Shown here: one piece after another, positions 37,949 through 47,897 of the stretch
How the letters are laid out: every line of letters begins with the position of its first letter
Numbering within the stretch: the stretch's first letter is position 1
Origin: Halarcobacter sp.
GTDB taxonomy: Bacteria > Campylobacterota > Campylobacteria > Campylobacterales > Arcobacteraceae
Length of the DNA: 64,000 bases
Assembly: GCA_963676565.1 (NCBI GenBank)
Contig: OY781089.1
Location: 1,792,001 to 1,856,000, forward strand
Reading direction: 5' to 3'
The notes under the pieces: model-generated
Databases searched by the model: none
What the model was told of the DNA's origin: nothing
What the model saw: only the letters and a program-made list of their open reading frames with translations
Made by a program: the position numbers and the translations under genes

Positions 37949-39137
37949 TTTTTAGCATCTCTTTTAATTGATTATGTGCTTTTATATTTGCACTTGTAGG
38001 TAAAGGAAGGTCTTGAAAATATTTTGCTTTTTTATCTTTAATCAAAATATATTTATTTAATGGTCTATCAAAACTTCCAAAGGTTACTTGTATTAAACCT
38101 GAATTATTCTCTTCAATAGTAAATATATCTTCAATATGAATAAAGTAGTCATCTTTTACAACAGCTTTTGTACTGATATTATTTATAATTTTATCAAATT
38201 CAATCTCTTCATCAAATGAGAAGTCATAATTAAAGTTAATTTCCTTATCCTCTTGGGCACATTTTAATATGACATCATAAATATGTTTACCTTGTTTTTT
38301 CCATCTATCTTCATACTTACTTGAAATCGCTAAGTCTTTGTTGATATCAATTGTTATTTGTCCAGATGGTAAGTTTGTTAAAAGATCAACACAATAATCA
38401 AAATATTTTCTACTATCGGTTCTAAGTTCTAAAGTTCCTTCTTTTTTTAGTACTCTTAAGGCTTCGTTGATAAAAGCATTTGAATAGATTCTTCTATGGG
38501 GTTTTTTATCCCAAGGTACAGGAAAGTGAACAAATATTCTTCCAACTTTATTTGATTTGATAAACTCCATAAATAATCTTGCATCATAATTAACTACTAA
38601 AATATTTTCAATCCCTTGAATCTCAACTTGTTTTAGTAATTGTTCAATTGATGGTGTGTGTATCTCAAGACCAATATATTGAATATCTGGATTTTCTTTT
38701 GCTTGGTGTAAAAGGTGCCTTCCACTACCAAAGCCAATCTCAATATTTATCTCTTTATTTGTATCAAAATCATTTACAAAATAATCAATATCTTTTAAAT
38801 ATTTTTGTGTAGGCTTGATTTTTTGGTTTATACTTTGAGTATTTGAAAATAGAATATTTGCATCAATCTCATTAACATATGCATTTAAAGCATCTTTTAC
38901 CAGTTGAACTGGAGTCACTCTAGTAACTTTATCAACCTTTAGAAGATGGTTTTCATCTTTTTGTTTTAATGTAAGTAGAAAATCTTTATTCTCTTTTTCT
39001 ACACAAATTTTATATTCTGTTTTTCTAGGTTTACTAGTAAAATTAAATGATTTTGCTATAAATTTAAAAGTAACATCTTCATTTTTTGAAGGTGTTACTA
39101 AATCTTTGTTAAAACTGTCAAATATGATGTGCGGCAT
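37941..39137 (-). CDS. trmB: tRNA (guanine-N7)-methyltransferase
   Basis: EIGFGSG, GLEI, HFPVPWDKKPHRR, LRTD, SKYE. Confidence 0.93.
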   Translation of the reverse strand: MPHIIFDSFNKDLVTPSKNEDVTFKFIAKSFNFTSKPRKTEYKICVEKENKDFLLTLKQKDENHLLKVDKVTRVTPVQLVKDALNAYVNEIDANILFSNTQSINQKIKPTQKYLKDIDYFVNDFDTNKEINIEIGFGSGRHLLHQAKENPDIQYIGLEIHTPSIEQLLKQVEIQGIENILVVNYDARLFMEFIKSNKVGRIFVHFPVPWDKKPHRRIYSNAFINEALRVLKKEGTLELRTDSRKYFDYCVDLLTNLPSGQITIDINKDLAISSKYEDRWKKQGKHIYDVILKCAQEDKEINFNYDFSFDEEIEFDKIINNISTKAVVKDDYFIHIEDIFTIEENNSGLIQVTFGSFDRPLNKYILIKDKKAKYFQDLPLPTSANIKAHNQLKEMLKND

Positions 39138-39140
39138 TTA

Positions 39141-40418
39141 TTAATTCAACTCTTGTAATTTAGGTAATACTAATTCTGTTTTATCAGTAATTTCAGATAA
39201 GATCCCATTTTTATCAACAGCTTGAATTGAGTAGCTATAAACTACTCCTCTTACAATATCTTTATCTTCAAATCTTAAAGCATTGATATTTTCAATTTTT
39301 TCTTTTTTTGTTTTGAAGAAGTTTTCTTTGATACTTTTATGAATCACATAAGAAACAGCTCTTCTATCTCCAGGTTGCCAATTTAAAATTGCTTTTTCAC
39401 CTTGAATTTGTGCTAAAGTGATAACTGGTTTTGCTAATTTCCCTAATGTTAAACCCATTACAGAATTGATATTTAAATCACTTTCTAATCCATCTTTATC
39501 AACTGAACTTATTTTATAAAAATATGCTTTGCCATCTTCATTTACAAAATCTTGGAATTCTAAAACATTTGTATCTACAGTTTTTATAACATCAAAACCA
39601 TTATCTGCATCTGCACTTCTGTAAATATTGTATTTAATCACATCAGAAGATTGTGAAGGTTCCCAAGTTAATACAATTTTTCTTGGTAAATCTCTAGATG
39701 CTTTTAAGCTTAAAATACCTTCTGGTAAGGGTTTTGTTTGAGCTTTTACAATTGTACTTGGTTGTGATTCTAAACCATCAAAACTTAAAGCTGTAACTCT
39801 ATAATTATAAACTACATTGTCATCTAAATCTAAATCTATGTATTCAGCTTGTAATCTCCCATCAACTGTATCAAGTTTTTCCCATTCACTTGTTGAAGGT
39901 GAACTTCTTTCAATTTTGTATGATTCAATTCTTTCGTTTGAATGAGGTCTCCAGATAATTTTAATTTGTCTAGGTAAATTTGAAATTGCTTGAATAAAAC
40001 TAACACCTTCCATTTTTGGCAGTGTTGATACAATATAATCATTTGTAGTTCTAGATTCAACTTCCCCTTTTGTAGCTGAAGATATTTTGTAAACATATTT
40101 TGTATTTGGTTTTAAGTCTTCATCAACATAGTGCGTAGTGTATCTATTTTTAATAGTGTCAATTAATTTTAGTTTTTCACCATCTTCTTGAAGATTAGCT
40201 CTATAAAAGTGATACCCAACAACTCTTGGGTCATCAACTTTTCTCCATTCAAAGGCAATATTGTTTATATCAGAAATAGTTCTAATAGAAGCAGAATCAA
40301 CGACCTCTAGAGTATCATCGATTTTTGGAAGATTTGGTTGAGATAAATTACCATTTGTACATCCACTAACTAGTAAAATCAAAGCAGTTAATGATGTTAG
40401 TTTCATCAATTTTGTCAT
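39141..40418 (-). CDS. Fibronectin type III repeat lipoprotein (FlpA-like)
   Basis: Lipobox LVSGC; four W...Y...Y FnIII repeats; GGAGAG SD before ATG 40418. Confidence 0.85.
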   Translation of the reverse strand: MTKLMKLTSLTALILLVSGCTNGNLSQPNLPKIDDTLEVVDSASIRTISDINNIAFEWRKVDDPRVVGYHFYRANLQEDGEKLKLIDTIKNRYTTHYVDEDLKPNTKYVYKISSATKGEVESRTTNDYIVSTLPKMEGVSFIQAISNLPRQIKIIWRPHSNERIESYKIERSSPSTSEWEKLDTVDGRLQAEYIDLDLDDNVVYNYRVTALSFDGLESQPSTIVKAQTKPLPEGILSLKASRDLPRKIVLTWEPSQSSDVIKYNIYRSADADNGFDVIKTVDTNVLEFQDFVNEDGKAYFYKISSVDKDGLESDLNINSVMGLTLGKLAKPVITLAQIQGEKAILNWQPGDRRAVSYVIHKSIKENFFKTKKEKIENINALRFEDKDIVRGVVYSYSIQAVDKNGILSEITDKTELVLPKLQELN

Positions 40419-41352
40419 ATACACTCTCCATGTTAAAGTTTTTTTCTAAAAATTCTTGCATATCGTTATTAAGCTTTGCTGTAAAACTCATTGGTTTATT
40501 TGTAATTGGGTGAATTAAATATAAATTATATGCATGTAAATAAAATCTATTTATTTTATTTAATTCGCCCTTAAATCCATATAAATTATCTCCAAGTATA
40601 TGCCTATTTATCGAAGCTAGATGGACTCTTATTTGATGAGTTCTTCCTGTGAAAAGTTTAGCTGCTATTAAATCATATTTTTCATTATTTGATGTAACAA
40701 GCTTACTAAAAGCAGATTTTGCATTTTTACCATTTTCTAAAATTGTCATTTTAAGTCTATTTGTTGGATTTCTTCCAATAGGTTTTTCAATAATTAAATT
40801 TTCTTTTAAAGGTAAATCTATAATTGCAAGATAATACCTTCCCATGGTTTTATCTTCTAGTTGTTTTGCAAGTCCCACATGAGCTTCATTGCTTTTTGCT
40901 ACAACCATAACTCCACTAGTTCCTTTATCTAATCTGTGAACAATTCCATGCCTTTCTTCACCTGAAATTGTTGAAAGGGATATGTTTTTTAGTTTAAGCC
41001 AATCAACTAATGTTGCATCTTTTACACTTGGCGCATCATGGATTGTAAGATTATAGGGTTTATTTAAAACCAATATGTGTTCATCTTCATAGATGATTCC
41101 CACTTCTTTATCTTTCAAAGATTCTTGTATAAATTTCTCATCTTTTATAGGGTTTATTTGTGCTTCAGGGAAGAATACTTCTATTTCCTGATCCTCTTTT
41201 AATTTTATTCCTGGTTTTTTTACAATTTTACCATCTACTTTTACATATTCTTTTTTTATTAGTTGTTCAAGTTGGTTTCTTGAAGCCTCAATATTAAGGC
41301 TTAGAAACTTATCTAACCTATTTGGCTCTTGGACAATAAAAATTTTATTCAT
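40366..41352 (-). CDS. RluA/RluD-family pseudouridine synthase
   Basis: S4-like RLDKFL, HRLDKGTSG, TGRTHQIRVH, LHAY; likely start ATG 41352. Confidence 0.93.
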   Translation of the reverse strand: MNKIFIVQEPNRLDKFLSLNIEASRNQLEQLIKKEYVKVDGKIVKKPGIKLKEDQEIEVFFPEAQINPIKDEKFIQESLKDKEVGIIYEDEHILVLNKPYNLTIHDAPSVKDATLVDWLKLKNISLSTISGEERHGIVHRLDKGTSGVMVVAKSNEAHVGLAKQLEDKTMGRYYLAIIDLPLKENLIIEKPIGRNPTNRLKMTILENGKNAKSAFSKLVTSNNEKYDLIAAKLFTGRTHQIRVHLASINRHILGDNLYGFKGELNKINRFYLHAYNLYLIHPITNKPMSFTAKLNNDMQEFLEKNFNMESVYDKIDETNIINCFDFTS

Positions 41353-41371
41353 ATTTGGATACTCTTTCATT

Positions 41372-42481
41372 ATGCGTTTATTTGACAAAAGAATTATATC
41401 TCATTTTGACTATTTATTAATAATATTCATTTTACCTTTGGTTTTGCTTTCTTATAATTTGATAAGCGAAACAAACACAGCTTTAGCGAATAAGCAATTG
41501 GTGTATTTTTCTCTTTCACTAATTGCATTTTTTTTAGTTTTTATTTTACCTATTAGACGTCATATTAGGTTGATTCCTCTTTTGTATTGGCTAGGTATTA
41601 TACTTTTACTGGCTGTTGAGTTTTTTGGAGAAACAAGACTTGGTGCTAAAAGGTGGCTTTCTTTACCAATTACTGGGATGACAATACAACCAAGTGAACT
41701 TTTTAAACCTGTATTTATTTTGATGATGGGTTACTTGATTCAAAATAGGGAGCCTGAAAAAGGTGGATATAATTTTAAAGATTTCGTTTATTTCTCTTTT
41801 TATATTCTTTTACCTTTTGTTTTAATAGCAAAAGAACCAGACTTAGGAACAGCCTTAGTTTTACTTTTAGTTGGTTATGGGATATTATTTATTATTGGTG
41901 TAAATTGGAGAATATGGGCTGGTATTATTATTACTATTGCTTTAGCTTCTCCTTTAATATATTCAAATTTAATTAAAGATTATCAGAAAAAAAGGATAAA
42001 AGATTTTTTATCTGAAAAGCCAAGTTATCAAGTTCAACAATCTATTATTGCCATTGGTAATGGAGGAGTTGTAGGGAAAGATACAGAAGAAGCAACACAA
42101 ACACAATTAAAGTTTTTACCAATCGCCACAAGTGATTTTATTTTTGCTTATTTTGTTGAAAGATATGGTTTCTTAGGAGCATTTGGTTTAATCTTTGTTT
42201 ATGGATTATTGATATTTCACCTTTTATCTTTAAACTATTATTTCCATGATGATTATATTATTCGTGCCTTTGCCTCCGGATTAGGGTTTTTGATATTTTT
42301 TAATATGAGTGTAAATATTTTGATGGTTATAGGTTATGCACCTGTTGTAGGCCTACCTCTACCTATGTTTTCATATGGAGGTAGTTCTTTTATTAACTTT
42401 ATTGTTTTATTTGCAATATTGGAAAATCTTCTAGCCTTTAGGTTTATGGATTCTTATCAATTTGAAAGAAGACTAAAATAG
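41372..42481 (+). CDS. rodA: SEDS peptidoglycan polymerase RodA
   Basis: GAKRW, QPSELFK, EPDLGTA, SDFIF, PVVGLPLPMFSYGGSS. Confidence 0.9.
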   Translation: MRLFDKRIISHFDYLLIIFILPLVLLSYNLISETNTALANKQLVYFSLSLIAFFLVFILPIRRHIRLIPLLYWLGIILLLAVEFFGETRLGAKRWLSLPITGMTIQPSELFKPVFILMMGYLIQNREPEKGGYNFKDFVYFSFYILLPFVLIAKEPDLGTALVLLLVGYGILFIIGVNWRIWAGIIITIALASPLIYSNLIKDYQKKRIKDFLSEKPSYQVQQSIIAIGNGGVVGKDTEEATQTQLKFLPIATSDFIFAYFVERYGFLGAFGLIFVYGLLIFHLLSLNYYFHDDYIIRAFASGLGFLIFFNMSVNILMVIGYAPVVGLPLPMFSYGGSSFINFIVLFAILENLLAFRFMDSYQFERRLK

Positions 42482-42508
42482 TTGAATTAGAAAATTAATT
42501 CAACTGTT
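42477..42508. terminator. Hairpin between convergent rodA and menK
   Basis: AATAGTTGAATTAG/TTAATTCAACTGTT. Confidence 0.65.
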
Positions 42509-43779
42509 TAGTCAAATAAATGGCCTTTATTTCTAAATAAAGCTCTAACTTTATCCATTTGAGAGTAAAAGCTTGACATCATTACAGTAAGAATATATCT
42601 TCCTTTTTTTGTTAAATTAATAACATCATCTTCAATATAAATAATTCCAAAATTTTTAAGTACAAATAGTTCTTTCCCTAAAATATTTTCTAAACTTACA
42701 TTGAATTTTTTATTATAAGCTTTTATGTCAAAAGTCCCAGAAAATAAAGTGCATAAAATGTAATATTGAATTATATTTTTTTCACTAAATTCACTTTTTG
42801 CCAAAATTGTGTCTTTTTTTGTTTTTAATAACTCTTCATATTTTTCTAAATCAAAGGCATTAATAAATAGCTTTCCTTCTAGATAAGAAAAAGCACCACT
42901 TCCAAGGCCTATATATTCGTTATGAGTTGAGATATATTCATCGTTCATATTAACTTTATCTCTTGAAAATGACCACATATTATTAGCATGATAATCTTTT
43001 AATTCATCATTTATAATATTGTAAAAATGCTCCTTATTATTGTTAGGCTCGAATCTATTTGTAAATCTTGAATTAAGTGTTGAGCTCATAAGTGGATATG
43101 TAACTATTTGTTCAACACCTAGAGATTTCGCTATATCTAAATCATCTCTTAACATTTTCTCTGTTTGATTTGGTAGATTAAATATTAAATCTATATTCGT
43201 CATAGGTAAGATACCTTTAACAGCTTTAATTTTTTTTATTAATGATTTAGAATCACCAAATTTGTCAAATCTGCCCAATTCTTTTAATAAAGTATCATTA
43301 AAACTTTGAACTCCAATGGATAATCTTCTCACATAAGCTTTTAATTTTTTTATAGTTTCAACTTCAATATGATTTGGATCTGTTTCAATGGAGACATCTT
43401 CAACATTAAAAGATTCTTTTAAAAGTTTTAATGTTTTTAGTAGTTCAACATCATTTATTAAAGGACTTCCCCCTCCAATATATATGGAGTCAATTTTTAC
43501 ATTATATGATTTAAGTATTTTTATCTCTTCCCTTAAATTTTGAAAATATTTTGTGGAAATTTTCATATTATGATTATATTTATGGAAGGTACAAAATGGG
43601 CATAGATTATCGCAAAATGGAACATGTAAATATAAAAGATATGAAACATCTTTTTTGATATGATTAAATTTAGAATCATTTTTTTCTGTTTTTACAATCT
43701 TAACAGACGACTCAAAAGTTTTATTAACTATATTATTTACAATGTTATTAAAAAGTATATTTTTCATATTATTAATCAT
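42508..43779 (-). CDS. menK: HemN-like class C radical SAM menaquinone methyltransferase (MenK/MqnK)
   Basis: LYLHVPFCDNLCPFC, YIGGG, QIVTYPLM (MenK/MqnK-type QxxxYPLM); divergent from psrABC. Confidence 0.8.
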   Translation of the reverse strand: MINNMKNILFNNIVNNIVNKTFESSVKIVKTEKNDSKFNHIKKDVSYLLYLHVPFCDNLCPFCTFHKYNHNMKISTKYFQNLREEIKILKSYNVKIDSIYIGGGSPLINDVELLKTLKLLKESFNVEDVSIETDPNHIEVETIKKLKAYVRRLSIGVQSFNDTLLKELGRFDKFGDSKSLIKKIKAVKGILPMTNIDLIFNLPNQTEKMLRDDLDIAKSLGVEQIVTYPLMSSTLNSRFTNRFEPNNNKEHFYNIINDELKDYHANNMWSFSRDKVNMNDEYISTHNEYIGLGSGAFSYLEGKLFINAFDLEKYEELLKTKKDTILAKSEFSEKNIIQYYILCTLFSGTFDIKAYNKKFNVSLENILGKELFVLKNFGIIYIEDDVINLTKKGRYILTVMMSSFYSQMDKVRALFRNKGHLFD

Positions 43780-43812
43780 TTTTAATCCTTTGTGAAATTT
43801 TATATCTACTCA

Positions 43813-43829
43813 GTAAATTTAATGTAAAT
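43813..43829 (-). promoter_or_regulatory. OmpR-type box ATTTACATTAAATTTAC facing menK
   Basis: Exact reverse complement of 43917-43933. Confidence 0.65.
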
Positions 43830-43916
43830 ATAAACTTATGAAGAATTATATTTAACATTAGGGGGAAAAAAGGGTTTAAATATATTATATAAACTTAAAA
43901 TGAGATTTAATATGTG

Positions 43917-43935
43917 ATTTACATTAAATTTACAT
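43917..43935 (+). promoter_or_regulatory. OmpR-type box ATTTACAT-N3-ATTTACAT facing psrA
   Basis: 11-bp-period direct repeat ending 43 nt before the psrA start. Confidence 0.65.
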
Positions 43936-43978
43936 ACAAGTATTAAGATTCGGTTAACAATATTTAAAAGGATCAAAA

Positions 43979-46273
43979 ATGAGTAGTACATTTAATAGAA
44001 GAGATTTTCTAAAAGCTACTTCTGCAACAGCTGCTATTGCAGGTACATCTTGTATGGCAGGTAAGTTAGGTTCTCTTGATAATCCAGTATTCTCAGGGGG
44101 AAACAAAACTGTTAACTCATATTGCGAGATGTGTAGTAGTAGATGTCAGATTCAAGCTAAAGTTGAAAATGGAAAAGTAAAATTCATCCAAGGTAATAAA
44201 CATTCAAAAGGAATGAAAACTTCTGTTTGTGCTAGAGGAGCTTCTGGTCACTCTCAACTTTATGATAATGAAAGATTAGTAAAACCTTTAATTAGAGTAG
44301 GGCAAAGGGGTGAAAACAAATGGATGGAAGTTTCAACTGAAGAAGCTTTAGATTTTATTGCAAAAAAATTAGCAAAAATTAAAGAGGAACATGGGGCAAA
44401 ATCTGTTATCTTTTCTGCAAAAACTGGTGATCATCATCATAATATGACCACTTTTGCAAGTGCATATGGAAGTCCAAATATTTTTTCACATTATAGTTCA
44501 TGTCCAATCACTTACAAAGTTGCTTTCCCTCATACATATGGAACAAGTTTAGCTAGAGATTTTGGAAATGCTAATTATATTCTTAACTTTGGGCACAATT
44601 TATTTGAAGGTATTGCAGTTAGTAAAACTAAGAAACTAGCCCATGTGGCAAATTCTGATAAAACAAAACTTGTTGTATTAGATCCAAGATTTTCAATTGT
44701 AGCATCAAAAGCAGATGAGTGGCATGCTGTCAAACCAGGAACAGATTTAGCTTTTGTTTTAGCTTTAACTCATGTTTGGTTAAGGGATGGAACTTATGAT
44801 AAAGAGTTTGTTGATAAATACACAATTGGAATAGAAAAACTTGTAGAAAGTACAAAAGATACAACACCACAATGGCAAGAAAAAATTACAGGTATTAAAG
44901 CTGAAGTTGTAGAAAGAATTGCAAAAGAGATTTATGCAGCAGCACCAAAGGTTATTATTGATTGGGGGCATAAAACAACAACGGGTCCATCTGAATACCA
45001 AAGAACAAGAGCAATTTTAGTTGCAAATGCACTAATGGGTAATCTTGAAAAAGAGGGTGGAGTTTATATGAAGAAAAAAGCTAAAACTGTAAATAAGTTA
45101 GCAAAAATGGATATAGCACCAACTACAGGAAATCCTGATAAAGGAATAAAAGTCTTAAAGGAATTAAGAATTGATAAATCTGCTGAAAAGGGTGAAGCAA
45201 ATGTATTTATTTCAAGAAAACATGGAGTTTTACAAGATATCCCAAAAGCTATATTAACAGGTATTCCATATGAAGTAAAAGGATGGTTCCTAACAAGACA
45301 TAATCCATTAATTACAGTAGCGGACACAACTAAAACTAGACAAGCTATGAATAAACTTGATTTAATAGTTGTAAATGATATTTATATGTCTGAAACTGCA
45401 TTGATGGCAGATGTGATTATTCCTGAAGCTACATATTTAGAAAGGGATGAAGGTATCCTAGATGTTTCATCTAAAGCACCTGCTTATATGATGAGAAATA
45501 AAGTTGTAGACCCAATTAATAATACTTTATCAACTTCTCAAATATTTAGAAGCTTAGCAAAAAAATTAAATATTGACAGTTTATATAAATGGGATAATAT
45601 GACTCAATATAGAGTTCAACAAGCAAAAGGAAACACTGACTTTTTAGAAAAATTAGCGAAAGATGGATATGTATCATTTGGTATTCCTTCATTATTAATG
45701 AGAGAAAAAACTTATGTTGATAATTTTGTATCAAAATACCCAAGTGCAGCAGAAAATTTAGATGAAGATGGTTTATTTGCAGGAAAAATGAAATTTAAAA
45801 CACCAAGTGGAAAAATTGAAATTTTCTCTGAAAAAGTTGAAGCAGAATTCCCTGGGTATGGAGTTCCTAGAATTGATGATATGGATTTACAAAAAGGATT
45901 TCCTTATATTATTACTTCAGGTAAAACAGCAATTCATACAAATGGACATACACAAAATGTTCCTTATTTAAATAGCTTAATGAGTGATAATCCAGTTTGG
46001 ATTAATCCAGTTACAGCAAAAAAAGAGGGAATAAAAACTGGAGATAAAATATTTATTGAAAGTTATGTTGGAAAAGAAAAAGCTACAGCTTTTGTAACAG
46101 AAGGTATTAGGCCTGATACTTTATTCGTTTATATGGGATTTGGTAGAGAATCTGAGAGGTTAACAAGAACAAATGGAGTTGGAACTAGTCAATCAAAATT
46201 ATTGTCTTTAAATAAAGGGACAGTTTGTTCAACAATGATTACAAACATTGGTGCAAGAATAATTAAGGCGTAA
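43979..46273 (+). CDS. psrA: Polysulfide/thiosulfate reductase molybdopterin catalytic subunit
   Basis: Tat RRDFLK, CEMCSSRC..CARG [4Fe-4S], HYSSCP, PGTD, MADVIIP..YLER. Confidence 0.88.
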   Translation: MSSTFNRRDFLKATSATAAIAGTSCMAGKLGSLDNPVFSGGNKTVNSYCEMCSSRCQIQAKVENGKVKFIQGNKHSKGMKTSVCARGASGHSQLYDNERLVKPLIRVGQRGENKWMEVSTEEALDFIAKKLAKIKEEHGAKSVIFSAKTGDHHHNMTTFASAYGSPNIFSHYSSCPITYKVAFPHTYGTSLARDFGNANYILNFGHNLFEGIAVSKTKKLAHVANSDKTKLVVLDPRFSIVASKADEWHAVKPGTDLAFVLALTHVWLRDGTYDKEFVDKYTIGIEKLVESTKDTTPQWQEKITGIKAEVVERIAKEIYAAAPKVIIDWGHKTTTGPSEYQRTRAILVANALMGNLEKEGGVYMKKKAKTVNKLAKMDIAPTTGNPDKGIKVLKELRIDKSAEKGEANVFISRKHGVLQDIPKAILTGIPYEVKGWFLTRHNPLITVADTTKTRQAMNKLDLIVVNDIYMSETALMADVIIPEATYLERDEGILDVSSKAPAYMMRNKVVDPINNTLSTSQIFRSLAKKLNIDSLYKWDNMTQYRVQQAKGNTDFLEKLAKDGYVSFGIPSLLMREKTYVDNFVSKYPSAAENLDEDGLFAGKMKFKTPSGKIEIFSEKVEAEFPGYGVPRIDDMDLQKGFPYIITSGKTAIHTNGHTQNVPYLNSLMSDNPVWINPVTAKKEGIKTGDKIFIESYVGKEKATAFVTEGIRPDTLFVYMGFGRESERLTRTNGVGTSQSKLLSLNKGTVCSTMITNIGARIIKA

Positions 46274-46283
46274 GGGGTAAGTT

Positions 46284-46853
46284 ATGAAAAAGAATTATAG
46301 AATGATACATGATGAGAATTTATGTATTGGATGTCAAGCATGTAGTGTAGCTTGTAGAAGTGAAAATAATATTCATGATGATGTATTTAGATTACAAGTT
46401 AGAATTAATACAGAAGGAACTTTCCCTAATCTTAAAATGGATATGAAAAGACAATCTTGTGCAATGTGTGAAGATGCACCATGTGTTGATGTTTGTCCAA
46501 CAGGTGCGTCGTTCCAAACAAAAGATGGACTTGTTCTGTTAGATAATCAGCTTTGTGTCTCTTGTAAATATTGTGTAGTTGCTTGTCCTTATGAAGCAAG
46601 ATACACAGATCCAGTTACAAAAAATATTGACAAGTGTACTTTTTGTTACTCAAATAGAGTTTCAAAAGGGCAAGATCCAGCATGTGTTACAGTGTGTCCA
46701 ACTGATGCATTAGTATTTGGTGATATGAATGATAAAGAATCTGAGGTTTATAAAAAAGCTAATGAAAATATTTTGACATATCCAAAAGCACACTTAGGTA
46801 CTAAAACTAAATTAGCATTTGTTCCAAATAAAAAAGGAGTAAGTTATGAATAA
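46284..46853 (+). CDS. psrB: Polysulfide reductase Fe-S subunit
   Basis: CIGCQACSVAC, CAMCEDAPCVDVCP, CVSCKYCVVACPY, KCTFC, PACVTVCP. Confidence 0.9.
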   Translation: MKKNYRMIHDENLCIGCQACSVACRSENNIHDDVFRLQVRINTEGTFPNLKMDMKRQSCAMCEDAPCVDVCPTGASFQTKDGLVLLDNQLCVSCKYCVVACPYEARYTDPVTKNIDKCTFCYSNRVSKGQDPACVTVCPTDALVFGDMNDKESEVYKKANENILTYPKAHLGTKTKLAFVPNKKGVSYE

Positions 46854-47835
46854 TATGTGGGGAAGCATGGCTCAATATGAAGTCATTAATTGGCCTTGGC
46901 CAATTGCAGTTTATCTGTTTTTAGCAGGTATTAGTGCAGGTTCAATAATAGTTGCATTATTAGTAAAATGGAATAGACATAATCATGAATCTGAAACCTC
47001 TTCTATTTGGGATGCAATGGTAAAAGCAGGAGCTATTATTTCTCCTATAGCAATCATCATTGGTTTAGGATTATTGATAATAGATTTAGGTAAACCATTA
47101 TCATTTTATTGGTTGTTAATTAGTTATAATTTTACTTCTGTAATGACCCTTGGTGTTATAGCATTATTTTTGTACACACCATTTGCATTAATTTTTACAG
47201 GTATAATTTTTGAAGATACAATCAAAAAAATACCTCTTATAAAAATGTTTGCGCCTATCATAGCTTATATTAAAAGTTATACAGAATATGCTAAAAAAGC
47301 AGAATATTTCTTATTCTTTTTAGCTTTAGTTGTTGGAGCTTATACCGGGTTCCTTTTATCAGCAAATATGAGTATTCCAATGTGGAACTCTCCAATATTA
47401 CCTGTATTGTTTCTAGCATCAGGGATTTCAGCTGGTATTGCAGGAAATATTTTGGTGGGGATGTTATTTTTCAAAAGTAGTGTTAATAAAGAGAGCATTA
47501 AATATCTTTTAATGCTAGATTTAAGAGTTATCATGGTTGAGATACCACTTTTAATTATGTTATTTGTTGGTATGTTATATTCAGGTGGAGAAGCAAAAAT
47601 TGCTGCAATTGACGCTTTAAGTACAGGTAGTTGGGCAGCTGTATTTTGGTTAGGTGTAATTTTTCTAGGATTAATTCTACCAGTAATTATTGCTTTTACA
47701 GCTTTAAAAAACCATGCTTATAAAGTTAAATTTATTATGATTAACTCTATTGTTGTTTTAGTTGGTGTAGCACTACTAAGATTCTATGTAGTTTATGCAG
47801 GACAGTTATTTACTGGTTCTTCTGCTATAGCTTAA
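46846..47835 (+). CDS. psrC: NrfD/PsrC membrane anchor
   Basis: WPWPIAVYLFLAG, DLGKP, SVM, YTGFLLS. Confidence 0.9.
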   Translation: MNNMWGSMAQYEVINWPWPIAVYLFLAGISAGSIIVALLVKWNRHNHESETSSIWDAMVKAGAIISPIAIIIGLGLLIIDLGKPLSFYWLLISYNFTSVMTLGVIALFLYTPFALIFTGIIFEDTIKKIPLIKMFAPIIAYIKSYTEYAKKAEYFLFFLALVVGAYTGFLLSANMSIPMWNSPILPVLFLASGISAGIAGNILVGMLFFKSSVNKESIKYLLMLDLRVIMVEIPLLIMLFVGMLYSGGEAKIAAIDALSTGSWAAVFWLGVIFLGLILPVIIAFTALKNHAYKVKFIMINSIVVLVGVALLRFYVVYAGQLFTGSSAIA

Positions 47836-47853
47836 AAAATTATAAAAAAAGAA

Positions 47854-47888
47854 ATATAATTAGAAAGTTTTAATCTTTCTAATTATAT
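47854..47888. terminator. 14-bp hairpin after psrC, overlapping the next promoter
   Basis: ATATAATTAGAAAG/CTTTCTAATTATAT; no clear U-tract. Confidence 0.5.
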
Positions 47889-47897
47889 ACTTAAATT

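Noticed and set aside
42508..43779. HemN coproporphyrinogen III oxidase call
   Set aside because: The QxxxYPLM motif and linkage to psrABC favour MenK/MqnK.
43861..43865. G-tract as a phase-variation site
   Set aside because: Only 5 G; too short for a contingency tract.
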